64,000 nt of DNA, taken from contig CAVOSV010000001.1 in NCBI GenBank assembly GCA_963698975.1, positions 98,514 through 162,513 of the forward strand. Direction: 5' to 3'. Both the position numbers and the translations under genes were made by a program. The DNA is from an uncultured Gemmatimonadales bacterium (GTDB lineage Bacteria > Gemmatimonadota > Gemmatimonadetes > Gemmatimonadales > GWC2-71-9). This document shows, one piece after another, positions 9,936-21,753 of this stretch. The stretch's first letter is position 1; every line of letters begins with the position of its first letter. A model generated the notes under the pieces. That model worked only from the letters and a program-made list of their open reading frames with translations, had not been told where the DNA came from and ran no database searches.

Positions 9936-12644
9936 ATGAACGGACGGAGGAATGCTGCTATGACCCTGTGTTCGCGTCTTGCTCATCTCGTTTCCGCATT
10001 CGCACTCGCTCTTCCGCTTCTCTTCCCCATCTCAATTTCAGCCCAACAGCCAGCAGCTACCGGCAGCATTGCCGGGCGGGTGGTAGATGAGAACGGGACC
10101 GGCGTCGCGAATGCGCAGATTTACCTCGACCGACCCGCCCTCGGCACTCAGAGCCGGACGGATGGGGGCTACACCCTGAGCCGGGTTCCCCCCGGCAGTT
10201 ACACGCTCCACGCGCGGCTGCTGGGGTTCAAGCCCGAGTCGACCAGCGTCACGGTTTCGGCCGACGCTCAGGCAACCGCGGACTTCACCATGCGGCACGA
10301 TCCGCTTCAACTGCAAACCCTGGTCGTGACCGGAACCCAGAGTCCGCGGGTGAACCTGGATGCCAGCGTTGCAGTCACCACGCTGACGGCCACCGAGATC
10401 ACTGCGGCGGCGCCGAGGAGCACCACGGAGATGCTCCGCGTCGTCCCGGGGTTTACCCGGGTCGAGAGCTCCGGCGGAGAAGTCAACGAGAACATCAGCA
10501 TGCGGGGCATTCTGGGGGTGGAGTATGTAGCATTTCTGGAGGATGGGCTTCCGGTATTCCCCACCATGCACACCTTCTTCATGAACGCGGACAACCTGTT
10601 CCGCTTCGACAACAATATCGAGCGGATGGAGGTTGTGCGCGGGGGCAGCTCACCGCTGTTCGGGTCCAACACGCCTGGCGCCATTGTGAACTTCATCAAC
10701 AAGAGTGGCGGGGATGTCTTCGGCGGCACCATGACCGCCAGCGGCGCCACCCAGGGCCTGGCCCGCTATGACCTCAACATGAACGGCCCCATCGGGGACG
10801 ATTGGCGCTTCAATGTCGGGGGATTTTATCGGTACGATCACGGCGTGCGCGATCCGGGCTTCCCTGGCATTGCGGGAGGTCAGCTCAAGGCGAGCGTGAC
10901 CCGGAATCTTGACAACGGGTACGTCCGGGTCTCGGTCAAGCACCTCAATGACCGGAACCAGTTCGTCCTCGATCTTCCCTTCACCAACGCACTCGACCCG
11001 CAGTATGTCCCCGGCCTCAGCGATTATGTCGCGATGAATACGGCGGAAGGGCTGGATCAGCGGGTGCCTACCCCGACGGGGGATCTGACGCTGCCCCTGG
11101 ATAACGGGCTTCGGACGGTGGCCACCTGGCTTACCGCGACGGTGTCGCTCGACCTCAGCGAGAAGTGGCACCTGGAGAACTCCGCCCAGGTCATGCGCAA
11201 CGCCCAGCAGTGGAACGCCCTGCTGCCTTTCCAGGTGTTCACGGCAGCCGACTACATCACCGCTACGGCCGGGTCTGGCGGGCTGGGGAAACCAGCCGGC
11301 AGTACGGGTCAGTATTTCTTCACCAATCACGATGACCCAACCGGCGCTAAGCTTCCCTTCGATACTCCGAACGGCCTGGTCGCGCCCAGTGGCGAGTGGC
11401 ATATCGACAAGCCGATCTCGGCAGTTCAGGACCAGCTCTCGCTGAGGAGAAGCTTCGGGAAGAGCTCGCTCAACCTGGGCGCTTATGTGGCCAACTACAC
11501 GCAGGACAACCACTGGTTCTTTACCAATGTGCTGATGGATGTCCGAGACAACCCGCGTTTCCTCGACCTGGTAGTCAACGGGACCGATTCGGTCACCAAG
11601 AACGGGTTCCGTAACTTCCTGGACAACTACGTCAACGGACACGGGTATGCGTCTGTGGCTTCAGCCGTAATTGGCGGGGAGCTGCAGCTCACTGAGCGGC
11701 TCCGCGCCGATCTCGGCGTCCGGGGCGAGTATAACAACTTCGTGCAGAGCTCGGAAAACACCACCCGAGTGGACCTCGACGGCGACTCCACCACGACCTA
11801 CGATAACGAGTTGTTCGGGAACGGGAGCTTCCGTCACTTTAACCGGGAAATAAGCGACTGGTCGGCTTCGGTGGGCCTCAACTACCGGCTGAACCAACAG
11901 TTCGCCCTCTATGGAACCGGGAACCGCGGGTACAAGATGCCGGCACTGGACGAGTTCCTGAACGCTGCGGCGCAGGAACAGGTGGACCTCTTCGACTCGC
12001 GGGAAGTCCAATCGGTCGAAGGCGGTGTCAAATACGCCAACCGCGGACTGGGCGTCACGGTGAACGGTTTCTGGACCAAGCTCAAGAACGTCGTGAGCCA
12101 GGGAGCCGTGGTCGACTCCGTCACCGGATCCACTACGTGGATCATAGTTCCCGGTGCGGAGACCAAGTCCTATGGAGCGGAAGTGGAGGCAACCATCAGC
12201 CCGCTCGAGGGACTGCAGATCGTCGGCAGCACCACAATCCTCAAGGCCGAGGTGGGAGCCGGAGGTGGGACCGACATCGGAAGCCGGCTCAACGGGGTTC
12301 CGACATCTCTGGGCAATCTGGCCGTCTTCTTCGCGCCCCGGCGCACCGGCCTTTCGTTCAAGGGCGACTGGCACTACGTGGCAGAGCGTCCGGCGGGCGC
12401 GGGCATCGCGCTGCCGGCGTACAGTTACTTCAACTTCGGCGCCGGGTTCGCCATTGTGGGCGGAGCCAGGTTCAATGTGGACCTCCTGAACGCCTTGCAG
12501 AGCAAAGGTTTGGAAGAAGGCAATCCGCGAGTTGCAACCCCGGGTGCATCTCCGCTCTTCCTTGCCCGCCCCTTGCTGCCACGCCGGCTGCAGGCGTCCA
12601 TTGCGTATGACTTCGGAGGGCAGCAGCCGCAAGAACTGCGGTAG
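9936..12644 (+). CDS. TonB-dependent receptor with carboxypeptidase-regulatory-like N-terminal domain
   Basis: 902-aa intact ORF with a signal peptide. GSIAGRVVDENGTGVANAQIYL (CarbopepD_reg), a plug region (TEMLRVVPGF...RGI) and a C-terminal barrel are present. Confidence 0.9.
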   Translation: MNGRRNAAMTLCSRLAHLVSAFALALPLLFPISISAQQPAATGSIAGRVVDENGTGVANAQIYLDRPALGTQSRTDGGYTLSRVPPGSYTLHARLLGFKPESTSVTVSADAQATADFTMRHDPLQLQTLVVTGTQSPRVNLDASVAVTTLTATEITAAAPRSTTEMLRVVPGFTRVESSGGEVNENISMRGILGVEYVAFLEDGLPVFPTMHTFFMNADNLFRFDNNIERMEVVRGGSSPLFGSNTPGAIVNFINKSGGDVFGGTMTASGATQGLARYDLNMNGPIGDDWRFNVGGFYRYDHGVRDPGFPGIAGGQLKASVTRNLDNGYVRVSVKHLNDRNQFVLDLPFTNALDPQYVPGLSDYVAMNTAEGLDQRVPTPTGDLTLPLDNGLRTVATWLTATVSLDLSEKWHLENSAQVMRNAQQWNALLPFQVFTAADYITATAGSGGLGKPAGSTGQYFFTNHDDPTGAKLPFDTPNGLVAPSGEWHIDKPISAVQDQLSLRRSFGKSSLNLGAYVANYTQDNHWFFTNVLMDVRDNPRFLDLVVNGTDSVTKNGFRNFLDNYVNGHGYASVASAVIGGELQLTERLRADLGVRGEYNNFVQSSENTTRVDLDGDSTTTYDNELFGNGSFRHFNREISDWSASVGLNYRLNQQFALYGTGNRGYKMPALDEFLNAAAQEQVDLFDSREVQSVEGGVKYANRGLGVTVNGFWTKLKNVVSQGAVVDSVTGSTTWIIVPGAETKSYGAEVEATISPLEGLQIVGSTTILKAEVGAGGGTDIGSRLNGVPTSLGNLAVFFAPRRTGLSFKGDWHYVAERPAGAGIALPAYSYFNFGAGFAIVGGARFNVDLLNALQSKGLEEGNPRVATPGASPLFLARPLLPRRLQASIAYDFGGQQPQELR

Positions 12645-12725
12645 ATCGTTGCAGGATTGACCGAGCACCACCGGCGGCGGGCCCAAGGGTTGGACCCGCC
12701 GCCGTCTGCTATAGGATTTCGACAA

Positions 12726-14928
12726 ATGAACCAACGACTGGGCCTGCGCGCGCTGTCCTGGGCCCAACTGTTCTTCAGCCTCCAGCCTGGCGGCTCAGGC
12801 AAGCTCGCCGCAGTCCCCGGACAGCACTTTCCTGCTGCAGAGCACCGATCCGGCGCGCCGCCCCTCCCCTTTCATCGGCAATGGTCATCTGGGCATGGTG
12901 GTGCCGGCGCTGGGGCTTGGCCCCGCTCCAGCCTACATGACCGCGCTCTTCGAGGAGGCTCCGCGCGATGTTCCGCGCATTGTGGTGGTCCCTGCCTGGG
13001 GCACCCTTGGCCTGTCCAACGGAAGCCGCTGGCTGGCCGCTGACTCGAGCCCAGCTGCGGTAGTCAAGGACTATCGCCAATCCGTCGATATGCGCTCCGG
13101 TACCGCGCTCACCAGCTACGGCTGGGAATCAGGCTCTCGGAGAATGACCGTTCGGTCGCAGACGTTTATTTCGCGGGCGGCTCCGTCTCTGGCGGTGACC
13201 CGCCTGGATCTGACTCCGGGATACACCGGTCGGGTGGGGGTGCGCTTTGCGCTGACCGGATGGCCTCCGCCCCAGCGTCTGGCGCTGGGCACCCTCCGCC
13301 GGGCGGATCCGAGCTGGGGGCCCAAGGACATCTGGTATCCCGGCCACATGATCGTTCGCTCCCGCCAGGTCACACGGACCGCGAACGGCGCCCAGCTCAC
13401 CATGGCGTCGCTGCCCGAAGGGCGCCCTACCCTGCTTGCCCAGGCGCTGGCGCTGAGTTGGCCCCACGCGCTGGAGAATGCCACGGTTCACACCACCGCT
13501 TCGGGCGACACCGCACTGGTGGAGCTGAGCTTCGACGGCATGGAGGGCAGAACTTACAGTTTCAGTCAGGTCGCTAGCGCCCTGGCCTCAGCTACCGAGC
13601 CTCATCTCGTCACCCGCGCGGGCAACGAGGCCAGAGCCGCCTTGGAGCGGGGCTTCCGTGCGCTCGCGGAAGCCAATGCGGAGGCATGGGGCCGTCGCTG
13701 GGAGAGCGACATCGAGATCGAGGGCGACCCGGGTCTGCAGCGGGTCGCACGGTCCATGCTGTTCTATCTGCTCTGCAGCTCCGACTCCGCCACCTCGATG
13801 GGAATCGGTCCGATGGGTCTGTCCAGCGCGGGGTATTACGGCCACGTGTTCTGGGACTCCGATACCTGGATGTTTCCGTCGCTCCTGATCACCCATCCGG
13901 ATATCGCGCACTCTCTGGTGGCCTTCCGGGCCCGGACCCTGCCGGCCGCTCAAGCCAACGCAAAGACCAACAAATTCCGCGGCGCGCAGTATCCCTGGGA
14001 AGCGGACGAGCAGGGCCGGGAGACCACGCCCTTCTTCGCGGTGCAGAACGCCCATTCTGAAATTCACGTCAACGGCGACGTCGCCCTGGCCCAGTGGCAG
14101 TACTATCTAGCCACCGGCGACTCCGCCTGGCTCGCGCGCGAGGGCCTTCCGGTGATCCGGGCAACGGCTGACTTCTGGGTCAGCCGCGCCAGCTACGACT
14201 CCGCCGGTGGCCGCTACCACATTCGGAACGTGGTCTCGGTGGCCGAAGGGCTGATTGGGGTGAGCGACGACGCCTACACCAATGCCGTGGCTCGGCGAAA
14301 TCTGCAGATCGCCGCTGAGGCAAGCCGACGAGTGGGCGCTCAGGTCGACCCCCGCTGGAGCGAGGTCGCCGGTAAGCTGCATCTGCCGTACGACTCCGCC
14401 AGCCAGTACTTCCGTACCTACGAAGGGGCTCCCGACTCAACCCTGGGGGACGTGACTCCGCTCCTGAGCTATCCGCTCGGGGTCGAAATGAGCGAACAGG
14501 CCAAGCGCTCCCAGCTGGAGCAGGCGGTCGGCAAACTCCTCAAGGAGGGGCCCGGCGCGATGATGGGCTCCACCCTGCTCTCGGTCGATGCGGCGGAGCT
14601 GGGCGACCGGGCAATGGTCGATTCGCTGCTGCCCCACAGCTATCGGAGCTGGCTGCAGGGGCCCTTCCTGATGCTCTCCGAGACTCCCGACAAGAAGGAC
14701 GCGGTGAACTTCGTGACCGGAGCCGGTGGGTTTCTCCAGCAGGTGCTCTACGGGTACACGGGACTGCGCTGGGGCGAGAAGGGACTGGAGCCTGCGTTCA
14801 ATCCGGTGCTGCCGTCGCACGTGAAGCGGCTCACCTTGCACAACGTGTACTCCAGGGGGAAGCGCTACGATGTGATCGTGGACTCGTCGGGACGGCGGAT
14901 GATTCCGCACCAGGAGTCCGCGAGATGA
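12726..14928 (+). pseudogene. glycoside hydrolase family 65-like protein (secreted), frameshift inside the signal-peptide region
   Basis: MNQRLGLRALSWAQLFFS (ATG 12726) is in one frame. ASSLAAQASSPQSPDSTFLLQSTDPARRPSPFIGNGHLG continues in the frame of ORF 12895..14928. The shift is near 12780. The catalytic-domain motif GYYGHVFWDSDTWMFPSLL is GH65-like. Confidence 0.7.
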
Positions 14929-17481
14929 TGGGCTTTTTCTACCTCGTCGCGTTGGTAGTGGGCGCGAATCAGTACTTGGGTTCTGCGGGAGACGATGCCA
15001 ACGAGATCTCGGCCACTGCAGTTTGCCCGCGGGACCCGGGTGTCCTGAGCACGTGCCAGGACTTGCGGCAGGACGTAGGGCTCCGAGTAGCGAGCGTAGC
15101 AAGTACGAGAGCGTCCGAAGGACACCCGGGTCCCGCGCCAATTCGCAGTGCTGAATCAGGAAAGCCGGTCGAGCCGGTACTCGCGTTTCCCGATCCCGAG
15201 CTCGACGACACCGCCGCCTATCAAGGCTACCAGACCCGCTTCTACCGCGATTCCAGGAACAACACCGTTCAGATCTATCTCCAGCCGCAGACCTCGCGCG
15301 CGGTGCTGGTCTGGGCCGATGCCGCCAACGAAAGCGTAGGCTTCAACGCTCGGGACTCCCAGGGGAGACCGACCCGCCTCTTCTGGGGCGCGAGTGCGGC
15401 TGAGGTGGCTGATTCCGATTCCACCAGGAGCATAGAGTTCCGCCTGACCACTCCCCTCTCCGCCCTCCAGCTGGGCTGGTTCGTGCTCGGTTCGATGCGG
15501 GTGGAGCGGGACTTCGTCTACGCCAAGGACTACGAGAAGCCGTTCGGGGGTTCCTATCGCGTGGCGGAGGAGTCTCTCCTGGTGGCCGACGTGGCCCGGC
15601 TTCCCGTGGACGAGCAGAAGCGTCATTTGGAGCTGCTCCATGCCCAGAGCTTGGAGCACCTCCGGAGTCGTCTCGTGCCGGCTTTCGAGCTGAAGCCGGG
15701 GGACACCGTCGAAACCATCCGGATCGAGCGACCCTCGCTCGATCGGTCGCAATTTCCTCCGGCTCGAGCTCCGAGTAGATCCCCGGCGGGTGAAGGCCCG
15801 CGTGAAGGATCAAATCGTCTCACTGGAGACTCGGCCCGGATCGCCCCTCCGCTTCAGCGTGCGAGTCAGCACCAATGCGGCGCCGCTTACTCCTCTTTCG
15901 AGACAGGAAATCTTCAATAGGCAGTTTCTGGATTTCCTGGCCCGCGACAGCACCGGCAGCGACAGCGCCGCCATTGCGGCCCGCCGGCTGGAGCGGCAGG
16001 TCCGTGGCGTCGAGCTGCTGAGCAGCAGGGAGAAGTTGATGGCGGGTCTGCCCAACTTCGCCACTTACTTCGGCCGCGACATGATGATGACCGCGCTCAT
16101 GATGCGGCCGATCTGGTCGCCGGACATGCCGGAGCACGTGATCGCCAGCGTGTTGCGGAAACTGGGGCCCAGGGGAGATGTGAGCCACGAGGAGGCGCTC
16201 GGCGGCCAGGCCATCCGGGAGCACGCGGTACTGTACGACTCTCTGCTGGGCCACTACTTCAAGTCCGGCACCACCGGCCGGAGCAAGGCGGACAGTGCCC
16301 TGGTCCAGGCCCGGGAACTGCTCGCGGACCTGCAGCGGACCCGCGAGAACTACCACATGATCGACGACGAGTTTCAGCTGCCGGTGCTCGCCGCCCGCTA
16401 CCTGGCCGATTCCCTGGTGCCGGCTGATCGCAAACGCGCCTTTCTCCAGGAGAAGTCGGACAGCGGAGCGTCTCGACTGGGCCTGCTATTGCGCGAGCTC
16501 AACCTGGTCTCCTCCCTCAGCCTTCCTTATGTCGAGCATCCCACGGCCAAGAGCCTGGTGAGCTTCCCCAAACGGGACTCGACTCACTGGCGCTCCGCCA
16601 GCTGGCGGGACAGCGACGCGGGTTACGCCGGTGGCCGCTTTGCCATGGACATCAATGCCATCTGGGTGCCCCAGGCGCTGGAGGCCATCGGAGTCATTCT
16701 CCACTCGCTGAAGGAGCTTGGCCTCGACCAGGACTCCAGCACATCGGGCGACAGCGCCGCCGCCCTACAGCGATTTCGCACCGACTCGACCTATCTCCGC
16801 CGTGCGATCGACACCTGGAAGGGCGCCCGCAAGCACTTCACGGTAAAGCTGTCTCCGGCTCAGATTCGCAATGGCATCAATGCCAAGCTGCATTCGTTGC
16901 CCTCCGCTGAGCGCGCCTACTGGAATGGAGTTCTCACCACACAGAAGGAGCCTGCCGACTCACTCACGTTCCTGGCTCTCTCGCTGGACCCAACGGGCAA
17001 ACCGATCCGCGTGGTGAATACCGATCCTGCTACGGAGCTGTTTCTCAATCCGGATCTTGCCCCCGACCTGGTGTCCCAGGAGATCCAGCCGGTGCTTCGC
17101 CCGTACCCTGTCGGACTGTTCGTAACTGGCCTGGGTCCGCTGGTAGCCAACGATGCCTACGCCACCCCCGCCATCTGGGATCGCTTCCAGAAGGATCAGT
17201 ACCACAGTCCCCGCGTCGTTTGGGGCCGTGAGGTCAATCTCCTGTTCCTCGGCTTGGCCTATCATTTAGAGAAAACCGGAGACCCCAAGCTGCGGGACGC
17301 ACTGCAGCGCATCTTATCGGCTGTAAGTGCATCCTCAATGCAGCACAACGAGCTCTGGAGTTATGAGATCAAAGGCGGGAAGCTCAAGCCGATGCGCTAC
17401 GGCACCAGTTCGGACGTGCAGCTGTGGAACACGACAGAGCTGGTGGTCGAATTCGTCCTCTCTAGACTGGAGGGACGGTGA
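14925..17481 (+). pseudogene. large uncharacterised glycosidase-like protein (GDE_C-like FGRD motif), one frameshift
   Basis: ORF 14925..15920 and ORF 15790..17481 join as ...IRIERPSLD/GRNFLRLELRVDPRRVKARVKDQIV at ~15744. LPNFATYFGRDMMMTALMM resembles the amylo-alpha-1,6-glucosidase type six-hairpin motif. It overlaps GH65 by ATGA and DUF1080 by GTGA. Confidence 0.5.
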
Positions 17482-18200
17482 AGAAAGTTGCCCGGCTGGC
17501 TGGCTTTGCATTCTGGGCGGCCGTCTGCAGCTGCTCGCGACCGCCTGACGGTAAGCCCCACCAAGTGGATGCGATGAACCAACTGACACGGGAGGAGCGA
17601 ACCGCCGGCTGGCAACTGCTCTTCGACGGCAAAACGATCGAGCACTGGAGGGGATATCGAAAAGACGCCCTCCCCAAGGGCTGGCAAGTGGTGGATGGCA
17701 CGATCACCCGGGTCGACAGTGCGGGCGACATCGTCTCGACCGACCAGTTCCGGGACTTCGAGCTGACCCTCGAGTGGATGGTGGCGGAGGGAGGCAACAG
17801 CGGAATCTTCTGGCGGGTGAGCGAAGACCAGGAATACCCCTGGGAGAGCGGCCCCGAGATGCAAGTGCTGGATGACGCACGACATCCCGATGGGCGTTCC
17901 CCGCTCACTTCGGCCGGGGCGCTGTATGGTCTCTACCCGTCACGTCACGGAATAGTTCACGCCGCCGGGCAATGGAACGCGGTCCGCATTCTGGTTCGGG
18001 GCAACCACCTGGAGTACTGGCTCAACGGAGTGAAGTTGGTGGAAGCTGAGATCGGAAGCAAAGACTGGAACGCGCGAGTTGCGCAGAGCAAGTTTGCCAG
18101 GATGCCACGCTACGGCCGGAATCCTACCGGTCACATCGGTCTGCAGGACCACGGCGACCGGGTGGCCTTCCGCAACATCAAGATTCGGGTGCTGCAGTAG
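17478..18200 (+). CDS. DUF1080 (3-keto-disaccharide hydrolase) family protein
   Basis: WQLLFDGKTIEHWRGY...GDIVSTDQFRDFELTLEW...GNSGIFWRV...EMQVLDD...HIGLQDHGDRVAFRNIKI is the family signature. Confidence 0.85.
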   Translation: MKKVARLAGFAFWAAVCSCSRPPDGKPHQVDAMNQLTREERTAGWQLLFDGKTIEHWRGYRKDALPKGWQVVDGTITRVDSAGDIVSTDQFRDFELTLEWMVAEGGNSGIFWRVSEDQEYPWESGPEMQVLDDARHPDGRSPLTSAGALYGLYPSRHGIVHAAGQWNAVRILVRGNHLEYWLNGVKLVEAEIGSKDWNARVAQSKFARMPRYGRNPTGHIGLQDHGDRVAFRNIKIRVLQ

Positions 18201-18236
18201 GATCGCCCGCCGGCCAGGGCCGCCAGGTGCCTTGCG

Positions 18237-19454
18237 CTACCGCAGGCACAAAGGCTCCAGACCCGCCGGTGGGAAATCCAGTGTCCGCCCTTGCTCCGCG
18301 CTCATGTAGGCGGTCATCAGGAGCTTCACCACCTCGAGGCCATCATCGAAGGTGAGCCGCAACGGCTCCAGGCCGAGAAAGGCGCGTACGAAGTGGCGAT
18401 CCTCCGCTTCGTAGCCGTACGCCACCGGTTCCTGAGCCACCACAGGCATGAGCCCCACGTCGGCGTTCTGCTTTTCTATCAGGTCCTCTCGCGGCCTGGC
18501 AAGTGTCTCCCTGCTGAAGAAGAGCTGGAGCCCGCTATTCAGCGTGTTCATGACATCGAGTACTCGGGGCCCAGCAGCTCGGCGGACAGTCTCAGACCCG
18601 GGCCGACGAAGCTCCACGATGTCGTTGCCTCGCCCAAGACCGTCTGCCCATCCCCGGTCTGGAACTCGATCGTAAGACTGGCAAAGTCTTCCGCTGGAGC
18701 TCGTCCGTAGTTCACGTCGTTACCCATGAGCTGGGTGAGCCGTTCGGCATATGGAGGCTGCGTCCACTTGAGACTGGCAATGCGGGCGGTAACGCGCACC
18801 GGCCGAACCGACTCCAGAGACGCTCCGGGTTCCGTGAGCAGATGCCGGACCAGAAGTGCCGAGTGGCACATCAATGTCGTTGAGCACCCCACCGCCCTGG
18901 AGCTGGCCGCGCCAGAACCACGGCGCATGGGGGCCGCTGTGCTCCTCGGCTGCCCGCGCCAGATAAGGCCGGCCGGACACCGATGCTCCCCGGCTCCAGA
19001 TCAGTGCTCGACCAATCTCAACCTGGGGAGCGAACACCTGGTTCTCCAGGTAGCCGTGCGCGACGCCCGCGGCCCGCACCAGCTCGGTTATCCGCAATGC
19101 TTCGGCAACGTTCCGGGCCAACGGCTTCTCGCAGGCAATGCCCAGCAGCGGGGCGGCGCGACGGCTTACCCCGTGGCAAATTTCTTCCACGTTCTCGACT
19201 CGGGCGTGGTTGGGGCCGCAGAGCCATATTGCCTGAATGGCCGGATCCGCTACCAGGTCGCTGATGGAATCGTACGGACGGGCTGGACCTACATCGAGTC
19301 TTCGTGCCAGATCCGCCGCGTTACCAGCGTGCTCCCGGCTGGGACTCCAGACACCGAGCACATCGGCATCACGGACGCCGGTAAACGCCTGGAGGTGGAA
19401 GCGGGCGTTAAAGCCACTACCGATAACCCCGATTCCCAGCCGTCTGTTCGCCAT
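18237..19454 (-). pseudogene. Gfo/Idh/MocA family oxidoreductase, two frameshifts
   Basis: MANRRLGIGVIGSGFNARFHLQAF (Rossmann) is in the frame of ORF 18720..19742. The middle part is in ORF 18548..18928 and the C-terminus in ORF 18237..18617. Shifts are near 18865 and at the GGGG run 18566-18569. Confidence 0.8.
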
Positions 19455-19458
19455 TCCG

Positions 19459-20073
19459 TCAGGACTGATCCTCATAGTGCACGCCGAGCTTCTTGAGCGC
19501 CGGCTCGGGACAGCCTTTCCATTCTGGTACGAACGCGTTGCCCCGATACTGCAGATCCTTGACTCCCATTTCGCTGGACCAGAATCCTGAGGCCGTGAGA
19601 TCGCGAAAACTATTGAAGAAGATGACCCCCGGCTGCATCTCCGGCTTGGCGCGGCCCGGCCAGGCGATCGCGTCGAGCACTGCGGCTCGTTGCCTGCCGC
19701 TCGCTCCAACGAACGTGCGACCGGAGCGCTGTTGACTCTCACGATCCAGCCAGGCGAGGCCGTTTCGCATTGCGCTTCGGCCTTCGGGTGTCGTGTCCTT
19801 ATCGGCCATCATGAAGTCGATGAACTCGGGCACTTTGGCGTCCGTGGCACTTCCGGAGCGTTCGTCCCGTGGAATGATCAGGTCTACCAGCACCTCCACC
19901 GTTTCGAATTCGTGAGGAGTGAAGAATGCAGGCTGGAACCCGGGCGAGCTCCCCAGCTGCCGTGCCGAGCGTGCGGCCCGGTCACATCCTGCCAGGCTGA
20001 AGCCGAAGGAGAGGGCCAATGGTGCCGTGGCCAGAAGTTTTACCGTTTCCCTTCGGCTCAGCGCTCTTTTCAT
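19459..20073 (-). CDS. gluconate 2-dehydrogenase subunit 3 family protein (Tat signal)
   Basis: MKRALSRRETVKLLATAPLA is a twin-arginine leader. The remainder is typical of the small subunit that pairs with GMC oxidoreductases. Confidence 0.8.
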   Translation of the reverse strand: MKRALSRRETVKLLATAPLALSFGFSLAGCDRAARSARQLGSSPGFQPAFFTPHEFETVEVLVDLIIPRDERSGSATDAKVPEFIDFMMADKDTTPEGRSAMRNGLAWLDRESQQRSGRTFVGASGRQRAAVLDAIAWPGRAKPEMQPGVIFFNSFRDLTASGFWSSEMGVKDLQYRGNAFVPEWKGCPEPALKKLGVHYEDQS

Positions 20074-21750
20074 ACCGCACGCTGCCTTCGCTGTTCGGCG
20101 ATGTAGTCGCTGGTACGCCAGGCCAGTGCCAGGATGGTCCAGGTGGGGTTCTTATCGGCCTGACCCACAAACGGCCCGCCGTCCACCACAAACAGATTCT
20201 TCACATCGTGCGCCTGAGCGTACCGGTTGAGCACCGAGGACCGGCGGTTGTTACCCATGCGGGTACCGCCCACTTCGTGAATGATTCGGCCTCCAGGCTG
20301 CAGCCCGAAATCCGTGGCGGAGTCTGGCATCGGTTCGACCACCTGCCCTCCCATTTCGGCTATGATGGAACGGAACGTCTGTTGGGCATGCCGGGTTTGC
20401 CGGATTTCATGTTCGCTCCACTTCCAGTGAAACCGAAGGACCGGAATGCCCCAACGGTCGACTCTGCTGGGATCTATCTCGCAGTAGGAGTCCGGATTCG
20501 GGATCATCTCGCCTCGCATCGCGAGTCCGATGGTCGCGCCGTAGTAGCGGCGATAATCCCTCTTGAGCTGCAGACCGTACCCGCCACCGGATGGGTACTT
20601 GTGGATGTCTCCCATGAAGCCGTAGCCCGGTTGGCTGAGACCACCCCAGATCTCGATGTGATATCCACGAGGGAAGTCCAGCTTTCGATTGTCCAGCCAC
20701 CATGGCACGTAGAGATGGAGACTTCCAACCCCATCCTCATTGTGGGGCACCTGATCCATCAGCCGGGGAATCAGCCCGCCCACGTCGGTGCCCGTGGTAT
20801 CCGTCAGATCGCGTCCCACCATCCCGCTGGAGTTGGCGAGCCCATGGGGAAAGTGAGAGGACTTCGAGTTGAGCAGCAGGCGCGCCGACTCACAGGCACT
20901 GGCCGCAAGCACGACGATTCTGGCGCGGACGTGCCGGTCCTCCCCGGTGGTCTTCTCTATATAAGAGACTCCGTTGGCCAGCCCTCGATCACTCACCGTC
21001 ACTTCGCGCGCCATCGCGTTGGTGATGAGGGTCAACCGCCCGGTCGCCAATGCGGGGGCGATGAGCACACCAGGCGAAGAAAAGTTGGAGTTGGTGCGGC
21101 AGCCGCGGTTGCACTGGCCGCAGTAGTGGCAGGCCGGCCGGCCGTTATGGGCTCGGGTGAGTACCGAGACTCGCGCAGGTATGCAGGTGATCCCCAGCCG
21201 GTCGCAGGCTTGCTTCACCAGCAGCTCGTAGCAACGGGGCCTCGGGGGCGGCAGGAAAATTCCGTCCGGGTGATTTCTCAGCCGTTCGACACTTCCGAAC
21301 ACCCCCACCAGGCGGTCGACCCGGTCATAGTATGGCCGGATATCGTCGTACCCGATCGGCCAGTCGTCTCCCAAGCCATCCAGCGAGCGTCCCCGGAAGT
21401 CATCGGGCCCGAACCGGAGCGAAATCCGTCCCCAGTGGTTGGTACGACCGCCCAGCATGCGGGCCCGCCACCAGGTGAAGCGATTCGCCCTCAGCGACGG
21501 TGTACGGCTCTCCCGCGATCTCCCAGCCGCCGATGCAGGCGTCGAACTCCCCGAAAGGCCGTTCGCTGGTTGGTGCACCACGTCGCGAGGATTGGTAGGG
21601 CCAGGTGAACATCGCCGAATCCGTTCGGCTGTCCCACGGGCCGCCGGCTTCGAGCAGGACCACGTTCGCGCCGGACTGGGTGAGCACATAGGCGGCCATG
21701 CCGCCGCCCGCTCCGGAGCCTACGATGCACACATCGTAGTCGGTCCTCAC
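20070..21750 (-). pseudogene. GMC family FAD oxidoreductase, one frameshift
   Basis: N-terminus YDVCIVGSGAGGGMAAYVLTQSGANVVLLEAG is in ORF 21400..21750. The rest (RFTWWRARMLGGRTNHWGR...HEVGGTRMG) is in ORF 20070..21689. The shift is at the run near 21488. Confidence 0.85.
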
Positions 21751-21753
21751 CGC

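Noticed and set aside
14437-15141. 234-aa minus-strand ORF overlapping the GH65 3' end and the next gene's 5' end
   Set aside because: It is antisense to GH65 coding sequence with a clear family signature, and its composition is typical of an antisense shadow ORF. However, the first ~80 codons of the 14925 gene are themselves unconvincing, so the true start of that gene may be further downstream.
20019-21608. 529-aa plus-strand ORF, and similar long ORFs (3133..4284 -, 10650..11642 -, 11661..12767 -, 22775..23695 +, 25259..26689 +, 27461..28297 +, 45338..46123 +, 48368..49642 -, 49872..51104 -, 59324..60631 -)
   Set aside because: All lie antisense to, or out of frame with, well-supported conserved genes. 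All have the Arg/Gly/Pro/Ala-rich composition typical of shadow ORFs in high-GC DNA. None has a recognisable motif.
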